A stretch of DNA of 63,767 nt from an uncultured Burkholderiaceae bacterium (GTDB lineage: Bacteria > Pseudomonadota > Gammaproteobacteria > Burkholderiales > Burkholderiaceae_A). Shown here in pieces: positions 14,104 to 22,039 of this stretch; position 1 is the first letter of the stretch, and each line of letters opens with the position of its first letter. The notes beneath the pieces were generated by a model, which was not told the origin of the DNA, made no database searches, and saw only the letters and a list, made by a program, of their open reading frames with translations. Position numbers and translations under genes: made by a program. The stretch lies in contig CAYTWR010000008.1 in NCBI GenBank assembly GCA_964442225.1, forward strand, positions 1-63,767, given 5' to 3'.

Positions 14104-15635
14104 GCCATTTGCCGGTGCTGCCCATTGTTTTGCCGGCGATGACGGCAGGCCTGCTGCTTGTGCTCGGCTCGCGCAGTCTGGCGATGAGCAGGGCCGTCAG
14201 TATTGCTTCGGTCTTTGGTTTGCTGGGCGTCACGGCGGTGTTGCTGGGCATTGCTGGCTCAGGCCAGTACACGACCTATGCACTCAGCGATTGGCAGGCG
14301 CCGTTTGGAATTTTATTGGTGCTGGATCGTTTATCAGCGCTGATGGTGTTCATGACCGCGCTCGTGGCGCTGGCTGCGGTGATCTACGCTTGCCTGGGGT
14401 GGGATTGCAAGGGCAGGCATTTTCACGCGCTGTTTCATTTTCAGCTCATGGGAATTAATGGAGCATTTTTAACCGGCGACTTGTTTAACTTGTTTGTGTT
14501 TTTCGAAGTGCTGCTCATTGCGTCGTACTGTTTGCTTTTGCACGGGCTTGGCGAAAAAAGGCTTCGTTCAGCCGTCCACTATGTGGCGATTAACCTGACC
14601 GGTTCGGCTGTATTTTTAATTTCGGTCAGTTTGCTTTACAGCGTTACGGGCACATTGAACATGGCCCACCTGGCCGAGCGCGTGGCGCAAGCGCCAATGG
14701 CGGATCGCGCCATGATTCAAGCGGCTGGCCTCATGCTACTGGGGGTTTTCGGCGTCAAGGCCGCGGTGTTCCCGCTCTACTTTTGGCTGCCCGCTGCTTA
14801 TTCAAGCGCATCAGCGCCGGTTGCCGCGCTTTTTGCGATCATGACCAAGGTTGGCATTTATTCTGTTTTGCGTGTCTCGACCGTGGTGTTCGGCGCACAT
14901 GCCTTGGGCGAGTCGTTAACATCGCCCTGGCTGTTGCCGGTGGCCTTGCTCACATTAGCCCTTGCAGCGTTTGGCGCCTTGGGCGCAAAGCGGCTTTCTG
15001 AAATGGTGGCGTATCTCACAGTGGCTTCAGTGGGCACCATGTTGGCGGCGATTGCCACGGGCAGCGCTCTCGCGCTCTCGGGCGCTTTGTATTACATGGC
15101 CCACAGCACCTTGGCGGTGGCAGCCATGTTTTTGCTCGCCGAATTGGTTGCCCGTTCGCGAGGGGATAGCGGCGATCAGCTCCAGGCGGGCCCAGGGTTT
15201 TTGAGTCGTTCGAGCTTAAGCATTGCCATGCTCCTTGGGGGAGCAATTCTTGCGGGCTTGCCGCTTTCCTCAGGCTTTCTGGGCAAGCTCATGATTTTAA
15301 GAGGCGTGGCAGACTCGGAGCATGCGGCTTGGGTGTGGGCGGTAATTCTCGGCTCAAGCCTGATGGCCTTGATTGGCCTGGCGCGCGCCGGAAGCTTACT
15401 GTTTTGGAACACCACCGATGAGCGACCCGTGGCGGTGCAACGGGGCATAACGCCAGAGATCGCGTGCTTTTCGGGGTTAATCGCTTGCACTGTGTTGATG
15501 GTGGTGTTTGCAAGCCCCGTCAAGCAGTACATGGATGAAACGGCCCAACAGATTAGAAATCCGCAGGGGTATATTGCTGCGTCAATTGGGGGAACGGCCG
15601 ATCGGGCGCCACGATTGTTGGAGGCGCGCCGATGA
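14100..15635 (+). CDS. phaD: Cation/H+ antiporter subunit D
   Basis: GAFLTGDLFNLFVFFEVLLIASY, FWLPAAY, MTKVGIY. Confidence 0.95.
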   Translation: MSHLPVLPIVLPAMTAGLLLVLGSRSLAMSRAVSIASVFGLLGVTAVLLGIAGSGQYTTYALSDWQAPFGILLVLDRLSALMVFMTALVALAAVIYACLGWDCKGRHFHALFHFQLMGINGAFLTGDLFNLFVFFEVLLIASYCLLLHGLGEKRLRSAVHYVAINLTGSAVFLISVSLLYSVTGTLNMAHLAERVAQAPMADRAMIQAAGLMLLGVFGVKAAVFPLYFWLPAAYSSASAPVAALFAIMTKVGIYSVLRVSTVVFGAHALGESLTSPWLLPVALLTLALAAFGALGAKRLSEMVAYLTVASVGTMLAAIATGSALALSGALYYMAHSTLAVAAMFLLAELVARSRGDSGDQLQAGPGFLSRSSLSIAMLLGGAILAGLPLSSGFLGKLMILRGVADSEHAAWVWAVILGSSLMALIGLARAGSLLFWNTTDERPVAVQRGITPEIACFSGLIACTVLMVVFASPVKQYMDETAQQIRNPQGYIAASIGGTADRAPRLLEARR

Positions 15636-16123
15636 TTCGCAAAGTGTTTCCCTATCCCATGTTGTCAGCATTGCTTGCGGCAAGCTGGCTTTTGTTGATC
15701 CGGGAGTTTTCTTGGGCGCACACACTGCTGGCCTTGTTCCTGGCCTGGGGCATTCCCAGGCTGTGCGCGCCATTTGTGAATCACTTGCCGAAGATCTATT
15801 CGTATTCTTCAGCCGCGCGTTTGGTTTTGATTGTCACTTGGGACATTATCGTGGCGAATGTAACGGTTGCCCGACTCGTATTGGGATCACTATCCAAGCT
15901 CAGGCCCGCTTTTCTTGAGGTGCCCGTCGAGCTGAAAAGCCCGCATGCGCAGGTGTTGTTTGCCAGCATTATTACCATGACACCGGGCACAGTCTCTGCA
16001 GATTTTTCCCCTGATCAAAAAATCCTCTATGTGCATGCCCTGGACTGCGAAGATGCTCAGGCCATGATCGCCGACATGAAGTCTCGTTACGAGCAACCGC
16101 TGAAGGAGATTTTTGATTGCTGA
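15632..16123 (+). CDS. phaE: Cation/H+ antiporter subunit E
   Basis: ITMTPGTVS, LYVHALD, YEQPLKEIF. Confidence 0.93.
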   Translation: MIRKVFPYPMLSALLAASWLLLIREFSWAHTLLALFLAWGIPRLCAPFVNHLPKIYSYSSAARLVLIVTWDIIVANVTVARLVLGSLSKLRPAFLEVPVELKSPHAQVLFASIITMTPGTVSADFSPDQKILYVHALDCEDAQAMIADMKSRYEQPLKEIFDC

Positions 16124-16386
16124 CTATTGCGCTAAATATTTTTTTTGCGGCACTCGCGATTTCTTTCGTGTTGTGCCTGGTCAGGCTAGTTAAGGGCCCT
16201 GATTTGCCGGATCGTATCTTGGCGCTTGACACCTTGTATGTGAATGCGGTGTCGTTTTTGGTGGCCTTGGGTATTCGCAATCAAAGCCCGATCTTGTTTG
16301 AGGCGGCGCTGCTGATTGCGCTTATGGGCTTTGTGGGCACCGTGGCCCTCACCCGTTTTCTTGCCCGTGGCGATGTCATTGATTAA
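16117..16386 (+). CDS. phaF: Cation/H+ antiporter subunit F
   Basis: GPDLPDRILALDTL, GFVGTVAL. Confidence 0.93.
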   Translation: MLTIALNIFFAALAISFVLCLVRLVKGPDLPDRILALDTLYVNAVSFLVALGIRNQSPILFEAALLIALMGFVGTVALTRFLARGDVID

Positions 16387-16398
16387 AGGGTTACAGGC

Positions 16399-16719
16399 GT
16401 GAGCACTATTTTTGAATGGACTGTTTCATTGCTACTGATTGCGGCTGCATTTTTCACGCTGGTGGGCGCAATCGGCCTGGTGCGCCTGCCCGATTTTTAT
16501 ATGCGACTGCATTCGCCCACCAAGGCGTCGACATTGGGCGTGGGCGGTGTCTTACTGGCCTCGATCGCCTACAGTGTGTCCGATTTGCAGCTGCCCAACG
16601 AGCTTTTGATCACCTTGTTCATTTTTTTGACTGCCCCGGTCAGTGCTCATTTGCTGTCGCAGGCAGCGGTGAGGCTGAAGTTACGATCACAAGCCAAGCT
16701 GCCTGAAACGCTACGCTAA
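16399..16719 (+). CDS. phaG: Cation/H+ antiporter subunit G
   Basis: GLVRLPDFYMRLHSPTKASTLG, TAPVSAH. Confidence 0.93.
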   Translation: MSTIFEWTVSLLLIAAAFFTLVGAIGLVRLPDFYMRLHSPTKASTLGVGGVLLASIAYSVSDLQLPNELLITLFIFLTAPVSAHLLSQAAVRLKLRSQAKLPETLR

Positions 16720-16807
16720 AAATGGTGCGTCACAGCAAGACTGTTTGCAGGACTTTTGGGCGGGATACTTTTCAAGCGGGCAAGCGGGGCTGTAAACTGG
16801 ATCGAGC

Positions 16808-17650
16808 ATGATTATTCACTTTGCCTCTGATCTTCATTTGGAATATCTGAACAAGCGCTTTCCGGATTACATTCGGATTGATCGCTTGTATACCCCGTTT
16901 GCCGATATTCTGATTCTCGCCGGCGATATCCATGTGGGCACTGAAATGGTCAACAAGTTTGGTCAGTGGCCCCACCCCGTGCTCTATGTTCCGGGCAATC
17001 ATGAGTTTTACGATACGGCCATTGAGCCGCATGTGGCAAAAATCAAGGAGGCTGCGAAGGATACGGCCATGGTGGTGCTGCATCGAGATGAATACATTGA
17101 TCGCGGCGTTCGGTTTTTAGGCTGCACCCTTTGGACCGACTATCAACTGATGGGAACGGGCGGCCGCCAACTGGCTTCGATGTTGGCCTGTGAGGCTCGC
17201 ATTGCCGATCACCGCAAAATCATGGGCACCACCAAAGTGGGGCAGGGGTTTTCTGCCCAGCAAGCCTATGAGTGGCATTTGCAAGAGCGCGCCTGGCTTG
17301 AGAGCAAGCTCAATGAGCCTTTCAATGGCAAGACCGTGGTGATTACGCATCATGCGCCTTCGCGAGGCAGCGTGCATCCGCGCTTTCGCGGCGATCCCTG
17401 CAACGCGGCCTTTGTGTCGGACCTAGACGACCTTGTTCAAAAGGCTGATTTCTGGATTCACGGACATGTGCATGACACCTTTGATTATCGGGTAGGTAAG
17501 TGCCGTGTCATGACCAATCCGGGCAGCTACGCCACGACCTTAACCAAGGTCAGCAGTCCCGACAAACTCGATTGGGAAAACCCAGAATTTGACCCGCAAA
17601 AAACCTTTGAGATTGAAACGGTAGAATCCGAGCAATACCTGCCCGGATGA
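16808..17650 (+). CDS. Cytoplasmic calcineurin-like metallophosphoesterase
   Basis: SDLH, AGDI, PGNHE, THHAP, HGHVH motifs. Confidence 0.85.
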   Translation: MIIHFASDLHLEYLNKRFPDYIRIDRLYTPFADILILAGDIHVGTEMVNKFGQWPHPVLYVPGNHEFYDTAIEPHVAKIKEAAKDTAMVVLHRDEYIDRGVRFLGCTLWTDYQLMGTGGRQLASMLACEARIADHRKIMGTTKVGQGFSAQQAYEWHLQERAWLESKLNEPFNGKTVVITHHAPSRGSVHPRFRGDPCNAAFVSDLDDLVQKADFWIHGHVHDTFDYRVGKCRVMTNPGSYATTLTKVSSPDKLDWENPEFDPQKTFEIETVESEQYLPG

Positions 17651-17725
17651 TGAAATAGGTAGACATACAGGACTTAAAATCCTGGGGCGCAAGCCGTGCC
17701 GGTTCGATTCCGGCTCCGGGCACCA
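17641..17725 (+). tRNA. tRNA-Leu (anticodon TAA)
   Basis: GCCCGGA/TCCGGGC acceptor stem, CAGGA-CTTAAAA-TCCTG anticodon arm, long variable arm, GGTTCGATTCC T-loop, encoded CCA. Confidence 0.95.
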
Positions 17726-17754
17726 TTCCCACTTGTTTTTTTACACCGCAATGC

Positions 17755-18861
17755 TTATCTCAGCATCGCGGTTTTCTGGGCAACTTTCTCGGGCACTGGT
17801 GGCGGGATAAATACCTTAGTGGGCGCGCCCTTGGTGTAATCGGGCTTCCAGAGTTCAGGGTAATCGGCCTTCATGCTCTTGCCATACAGGGGCTTGAATG
17901 CGCCTTTGTGGCAGGTTTTGCAGGCCACTTTCGGAAAGTCACCCTGCGCGCTCCATCGATTCGGCGGCAGGATTGGCCCAATGGGCAGCACATAGTCCGT
18001 GTTGATATTGCGCACCATGCGAATGCCGTGCCACGCCGTGGTGCGTTGTGGCGGGCTTTGTTCCCAGCTGCGCATGGCGCGGGTGTTGTGACAGTAGTTG
18101 CAGTTCACACCCAAAGAGCCCGAGAAATACATCATGAGCCCATAGGTGTGCTCGGCAGTTTTGATCGAGGTGCCATTGGTACCCGGCAGTGCTTGCGTGC
18201 TTTGTACGCGAATGTTTTGATCACCTTCAACCAAGTATCGGGTTAATGGATCATTGGGCAAAGAGCTAAAGCCCACCGTGGGTTTTCCTGCTTGATTTTC
18301 GTTGTATTTCGCGCCCATTAAACCAGGCATTTTTCGAGCGGGCTCGCTAAAAAACTCTCCGCTGGGAACCGCCTGACCACGATGGCAAGTCCAGCAGGTG
18401 ACACCGGTTTGAACCACATGGGTTTGCCAGTTGTTGTTAATCGCCCGAGTCATTTGAATCATGCGCCTTGCCACGACCTTGGTGTACTTTTCATCGGAGG
18501 CAAGATTTTTGGGGTTGTGACAAAAGTTGCAGCCTTCTTCTGGCGCGATCCATGTCGACATGGCCGCCATAAAGCGGGAGAACTCAAGTACGCTTAAATC
18601 GCCAAGCACTTGAACATTTTTAAACACCGCCTTGATGGGAGGCGCCTCAGGATCGGGGGGGTCCACCGGCTCAGGCTCTGGAATTTGGTGAATGGCATCG
18701 TTGGTACGCAGGTCGGCTTTGTCGTAAACCAAGACCATGCCGGTGCCTCGAAAACCTTTTTGCACGCTGTCGGTGCGCTCGCAACCTGCCAGCAAACCCA
18801 GGGCGACAATACCAAGTGCGAGCCCGGTGAGCCGAGCTCGAAGCGTTGTGGGGTGTGCCAT
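17755..18861 (-). CDS. pufC: Photosynthetic reaction-centre-type tetraheme cytochrome c (lipoprotein), stand-alone
   Basis: LAGC lipobox, Q.GFRGTGM, FKNVQVLGDL, four heme motifs CNFCH/CWTCH/CNYCH/CKTCH, KYTKVVARRMIQMT, AWHGIRMVR. Confidence 0.9.
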   Translation of the reverse strand: MAHPTTLRARLTGLALGIVALGLLAGCERTDSVQKGFRGTGMVLVYDKADLRTNDAIHQIPEPEPVDPPDPEAPPIKAVFKNVQVLGDLSVLEFSRFMAAMSTWIAPEEGCNFCHNPKNLASDEKYTKVVARRMIQMTRAINNNWQTHVVQTGVTCWTCHRGQAVPSGEFFSEPARKMPGLMGAKYNENQAGKPTVGFSSLPNDPLTRYLVEGDQNIRVQSTQALPGTNGTSIKTAEHTYGLMMYFSGSLGVNCNYCHNTRAMRSWEQSPPQRTTAWHGIRMVRNINTDYVLPIGPILPPNRWSAQGDFPKVACKTCHKGAFKPLYGKSMKADYPELWKPDYTKGAPTKVFIPPPVPEKVAQKTAMLR

Positions 18862-18939
18862 GCGTGGTCTCCTTGGCGAATTGTCTAGTTGTCCGGGACA
18901 AAGCCCTGTTTTGGTTTCATTCTAAATAGACACACTGAG

Positions 18940-18959
18940 ATGTCAACATTTATTGACAT
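18940..18959. promoter_or_regulatory. Perfect inverted repeat, putative operator in divergent promoter
   Basis: ATGTCAA-cattta-TTGACAT; includes a TTGACA -35-like hexamer on each strand. Confidence 0.55.
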
Positions 18960-19008
18960 ATGCGTTGAATCTTGTGCGGTGCACTACAGTATTTAGCAAT
19001 AACTCGTT

Positions 19009-19041
19009 AAGAAATCCTGAAGAATTCCCTAAGAACTCCTG
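19009..19041. promoter_or_regulatory. Three tandem 11-bp direct repeats, putative response-regulator boxes
   Basis: AAGAAATCCTG / AAGAATTCCCT / AAGAACTCCTG. Confidence 0.5.
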
Positions 19042-19158
19042 ATTAGGGTTTACGCGTTTTATGGATGCATTTGTCCATGACAAGGCGCATTCTGTACCCA
19101 CAACAAAAACAGGGAGATTCCCCTCGAGGGTGCTTGATCCAAAACCAGGAGACTAAGG

Positions 19159-20208
19159 ATGAGTGAAACAAAAGAGCTTGATCGCCGTAAGTTTTTAAGC
19201 ATTACCGGAAAGGCCGGCCTATCCACTATGGTGGCATCTGCCGCGGGTGTAAACCTTGGCGTGGTGGACTTGGTGCAGGCCCAAAGCAAATCGGTGCAGC
19301 CTTTCCGATTTGCAATGATCACCGACTCGCACTTGTATAGCGGCGAAAACCATAAATTCGATGCCATGCTCACTGACGCAATTGAGCAAGTCAACAACAT
19401 GGCCGTGCAGCCCGATTTTGTAATTTACGGTGGCGACATTGCCCAAAACGGCACCAAAGACCAGCTTGAAAAAGGCAAGAAGCTGTTGTCCAAGCTCAAA
19501 GCCAAGATGGTGATCATCCCTGGCGAGCACGATTGGTACCTGGATATGGGTGCCGATTGGCAGCGTATTTACGGCGCCAATAATCCTGCAGCGGGCCAGC
19601 GCAAAGGCGAGCGTGATTATTGGTCGTTTGACCATAAGGGCGTGCACTTCATTGGCATGAACTCGATTTTGGTCAAAGACTTTTGGACTGCTGCAAAGCT
19701 CACACCCAAGCAGCGCATGGAATACATGGAGATGCTCGAGGGCCCATGGGCTGGTTTGTGGGGCGTGCAAGACCATCAGCTGGAGTGGCTGAAAAAAGAT
19801 GTTGCCAAGCTCTCGCCGGATACTCCGGTGGTGGTGTTCACACACTCGCCGCTGTGGGATTACTACCCCCGCTGGAATTTCCAAACCGCCGATGCGCCGC
19901 AGATTCGCCAGATCCTTTCCAAGTTCACCAATGTCATGTCTTTCCATGGCCATGTGCATCAAACGCTTTACAACAAGGTGGGCAACATGTCCTCAGTTGG
20001 CGCCATGAGCACTTCGTGGCCCTGGCCGTATCCCCCCGTCACCTTGGATTACCCGCAAAGCCAGATGTATCGGGCGGACCCGGCCGATGAATCCGATGGC
20101 ATGGGCACTTTGTTTGCGCAGATCGAAAGCCCGAAATCGACCAAGGTTCAGTACCAGCCGTTTGCTGAGTCGCTCACGCCGTGGATGAAAGACGGATTCA
20201 AGGTTTAA
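19159..20208 (+). CDS. Tat-exported calcineurin-like metallophosphoesterase
   Basis: DRRKFL twin-arginine signal; TDSH, GGD, PGEHD, THSP, HGHVH metal motifs; AGGAG RBS. Confidence 0.85.
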   Translation: MSETKELDRRKFLSITGKAGLSTMVASAAGVNLGVVDLVQAQSKSVQPFRFAMITDSHLYSGENHKFDAMLTDAIEQVNNMAVQPDFVIYGGDIAQNGTKDQLEKGKKLLSKLKAKMVIIPGEHDWYLDMGADWQRIYGANNPAAGQRKGERDYWSFDHKGVHFIGMNSILVKDFWTAAKLTPKQRMEYMEMLEGPWAGLWGVQDHQLEWLKKDVAKLSPDTPVVVFTHSPLWDYYPRWNFQTADAPQIRQILSKFTNVMSFHGHVHQTLYNKVGNMSSVGAMSTSWPWPYPPVTLDYPQSQMYRADPADESDGMGTLFAQIESPKSTKVQYQPFAESLTPWMKDGFKV

Positions 20209-20220
20209 GGAGACAACACA

Positions 20221-20730
20221 ATGATCAAAAACACTCTAAAAAAAGCAGTTGGCGTGGTTGCTGCAACGGCCGCAGTGTCTGCACTGATGGCGGGCACCGC
20301 ACAAGCGCGTCCTCCCTTCACGCCCGAAGAGCTCGCTGCTCACAAGGCTGAATTAATCAAGGCAGTCGATCATGGCTTTAACATTTGGCACGGCGCCAAA
20401 GAGTCCATGACTCGTAATGGCCTGGCCTGTGGCAACTGCCACCCGGATACGGCGGCCGCCAACCCACAAACCTTTCCCAAGTTCATGCCCTCGTTTAACC
20501 GGGTGGTCACCTATCGCGAAATGGTGAACTGGTGCATTGAGAACCCGCAAGCCGGCAAGGCGCTTGATGTTTCAGGCTATGACATGTTGGCCATGGAGGC
20601 TTACTCCATGTATCTGCACCGTGGTCTGCCCATTGAGCCGGGTGTTGCAACCCGTCAAACCACACCGATCCGCGTGACGGATAACTTTGGCTATCCGCGC
20701 AAGCCTTCGGGCGTTGGGCTTGACAAGTAA
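20221..20730 (+). CDS. Periplasmic monoheme cytochrome c, SoxA/TsdA-like His/Cys domain
   Basis: Sec-type signal ending AQA; CGNCH; FPKF..NWC..AMEAY spacing matches the SoxA heme domain. Confidence 0.75.
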   Translation: MIKNTLKKAVGVVAATAAVSALMAGTAQARPPFTPEELAAHKAELIKAVDHGFNIWHGAKESMTRNGLACGNCHPDTAAANPQTFPKFMPSFNRVVTYREMVNWCIENPQAGKALDVSGYDMLAMEAYSMYLHRGLPIEPGVATRQTTPIRVTDNFGYPRKPSGVGLDK

Positions 20731-20750
20731 GGCAAGGAACACGGCTGCGA

Positions 20751-21284
20751 ATGAAGGTCGGGTCTGTTGTGTGGCTTATTTCGCAGTCGTTGTTTGTGTC
20801 GGTGGCAATTGCGGGGCAGGAGTGTGACACTTCTCGGTTTGCACTATCAACACCAACGCAAGCCTTTGAAGATCATGGCGACGGAACGGTGACCGACCGT
20901 CGATCAGGTCTTCAGTGGATGCGGTGCTCGGTAGGGCAGGCGTGGGCCAAAGGAAACTGCAATGGAGTGCCTGAGGCTTTGTCATGGCAGCAAGCGAACG
21001 ATGTGGCTTCAAAGACCAACCAATCGGGGAATTTTTTTTATAACGATTGGCGTCTTCCCAACATTCGTGAGCTCGCCACCATTGCTGAGCGCCAGTGCGC
21101 AAACCCCAGAATCAATCTCGAATTGTTTCCGGGCACGCTTGCTGCGTCGTATTGGACCATTGTTCTGAAAGGTGTTGGCAGCTACGAGCCCCAAGCCTTT
21201 GTGATGGATTTTGGTGCAGGTGGTATTGGCGTGGCTGCCCAGCAAGATCGCCACTACGCAAGACTTGTAAGGACCAGCTTTTAA
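20751..21284 (+). CDS. DUF1566 (Lcl C-terminal-like) secreted protein
   Basis: DHGDGTVTDRRSGLQWMRC, LSWQQA, DWRLPNIRELATI, YWT. Confidence 0.8.
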   Translation: MKVGSVVWLISQSLFVSVAIAGQECDTSRFALSTPTQAFEDHGDGTVTDRRSGLQWMRCSVGQAWAKGNCNGVPEALSWQQANDVASKTNQSGNFFYNDWRLPNIRELATIAERQCANPRINLELFPGTLAASYWTIVLKGVGSYEPQAFVMDFGAGGIGVAAQQDRHYARLVRTSF

Positions 21285-21310
21285 AACTTTTACAAAACAG
21301 GAGACAGTAA

Positions 21311-21628
21311 ATGCAAAAAACGAATCGCCGAGTGTTCATGATGCAGGTTGCCGCAGGCGCCTCTGCAATGGCCTTGGGCCTGAAAGCCTCGCAGGCCGCA
21401 GAAAAGCTCTCGGAAAACGACTCCTATGCCAAGAGCATGGGCTTTAAGCTAGACACCAAAAATGTTGATGGCAAGCGTTGGACCCGTCACAAACCCGACC
21501 AGTCTTGTAGCGGCTGTCAGCTCTGGGATGGCAAACAAGCCGATGCGTTCGCGCCGTGTTCTTTCTTTGGTGATCGCTTAACGCCCAATCAAGGCTGGTG
21601 CAAGAACTGGAAAGTTCGCAAAGCGTAA
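21311..21628 (+). CDS. High-potential iron-sulfur protein (HiPIP)
   Basis: Tat signal NRRVFM; CSGC-x-C(SFF)-x-GWC four-Cys HiPIP pattern. Confidence 0.9.
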   Translation: MQKTNRRVFMMQVAAGASAMALGLKASQAAEKLSENDSYAKSMGFKLDTKNVDGKRWTRHKPDQSCSGCQLWDGKQADAFAPCSFFGDRLTPNQGWCKNWKVRKA

Positions 21629-21647
21629 GTTTTACTGAGCGATCAAG

Positions 21648-21682
21648 AAAGGCCGGGCTGCGTTGCAGCCTGGCCTTTTTTA
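21648..21682. terminator. Probable bidirectional terminator between HiPIP and the convergent gene
   Basis: AAAGGCCGGGCTGC-gtt-GCAGCCTGGCCTTTTTT. Confidence 0.75.
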
Positions 21683-22039
21683 TTGCGGGATGGGAAAGCC
21701 CATGCGTGCCGTGACGCCAATTAAGGCCATGCAGCGCCCACCGCTTCTGCAATACGCCAGGATTGGGGTAGGCATGTTTGCCAGCAAGGCCCCCATGGCC
21801 TTGGCATCGGCTGCGGTGCCGCCAACGGGCGTCACCGGCAAAAACGCGTACGCCAGGCCAAGTTTTTCAGCCTCAGCCTTAATGTCATTGGATTTTGGCT
21901 GGCCGGGGCCGTATTCGTCGTCGGGGCGGTTGCAAATCACGCTTTTAAAGCCCATCTCGGCAATCGCAGCAACTTCTTGCGGGCTAATCTGCCCGATCAC
22001 CGCAAGTTTTTCGGTAAGCCATCGCACGGGCAGTGTCAT
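21680..22039 (-). CDS. TIGR01244/DUF442-type sulfurtransferase (phosphatase-fold)
   Basis: GFKSVICNRPDDE, AYCRSGGR CX5R loop. Confidence 0.85.
   Translation of the reverse strand: MTLPVRWLTEKLAVIGQISPQEVAAIAEMGFKSVICNRPDDEYGPGQPKSNDIKAEAEKLGLAYAFLPVTPVGGTAADAKAMGALLANMPTPILAYCRSGGRCMALIGVTARMGFPIPQ

Noticed and set aside
10982-16719. Mrp/Pha operon as a novel system
   Set aside because: Canonical A/B-fused operon with standard gene order
17711-17725. tRNA-Leu 3' end as integration site of a genomic island
   Set aside because: No integrase or transposase and no convincing att duplicate seen; the short CCGGGCACCA match near 23413 lies within cbbL and is probably chance
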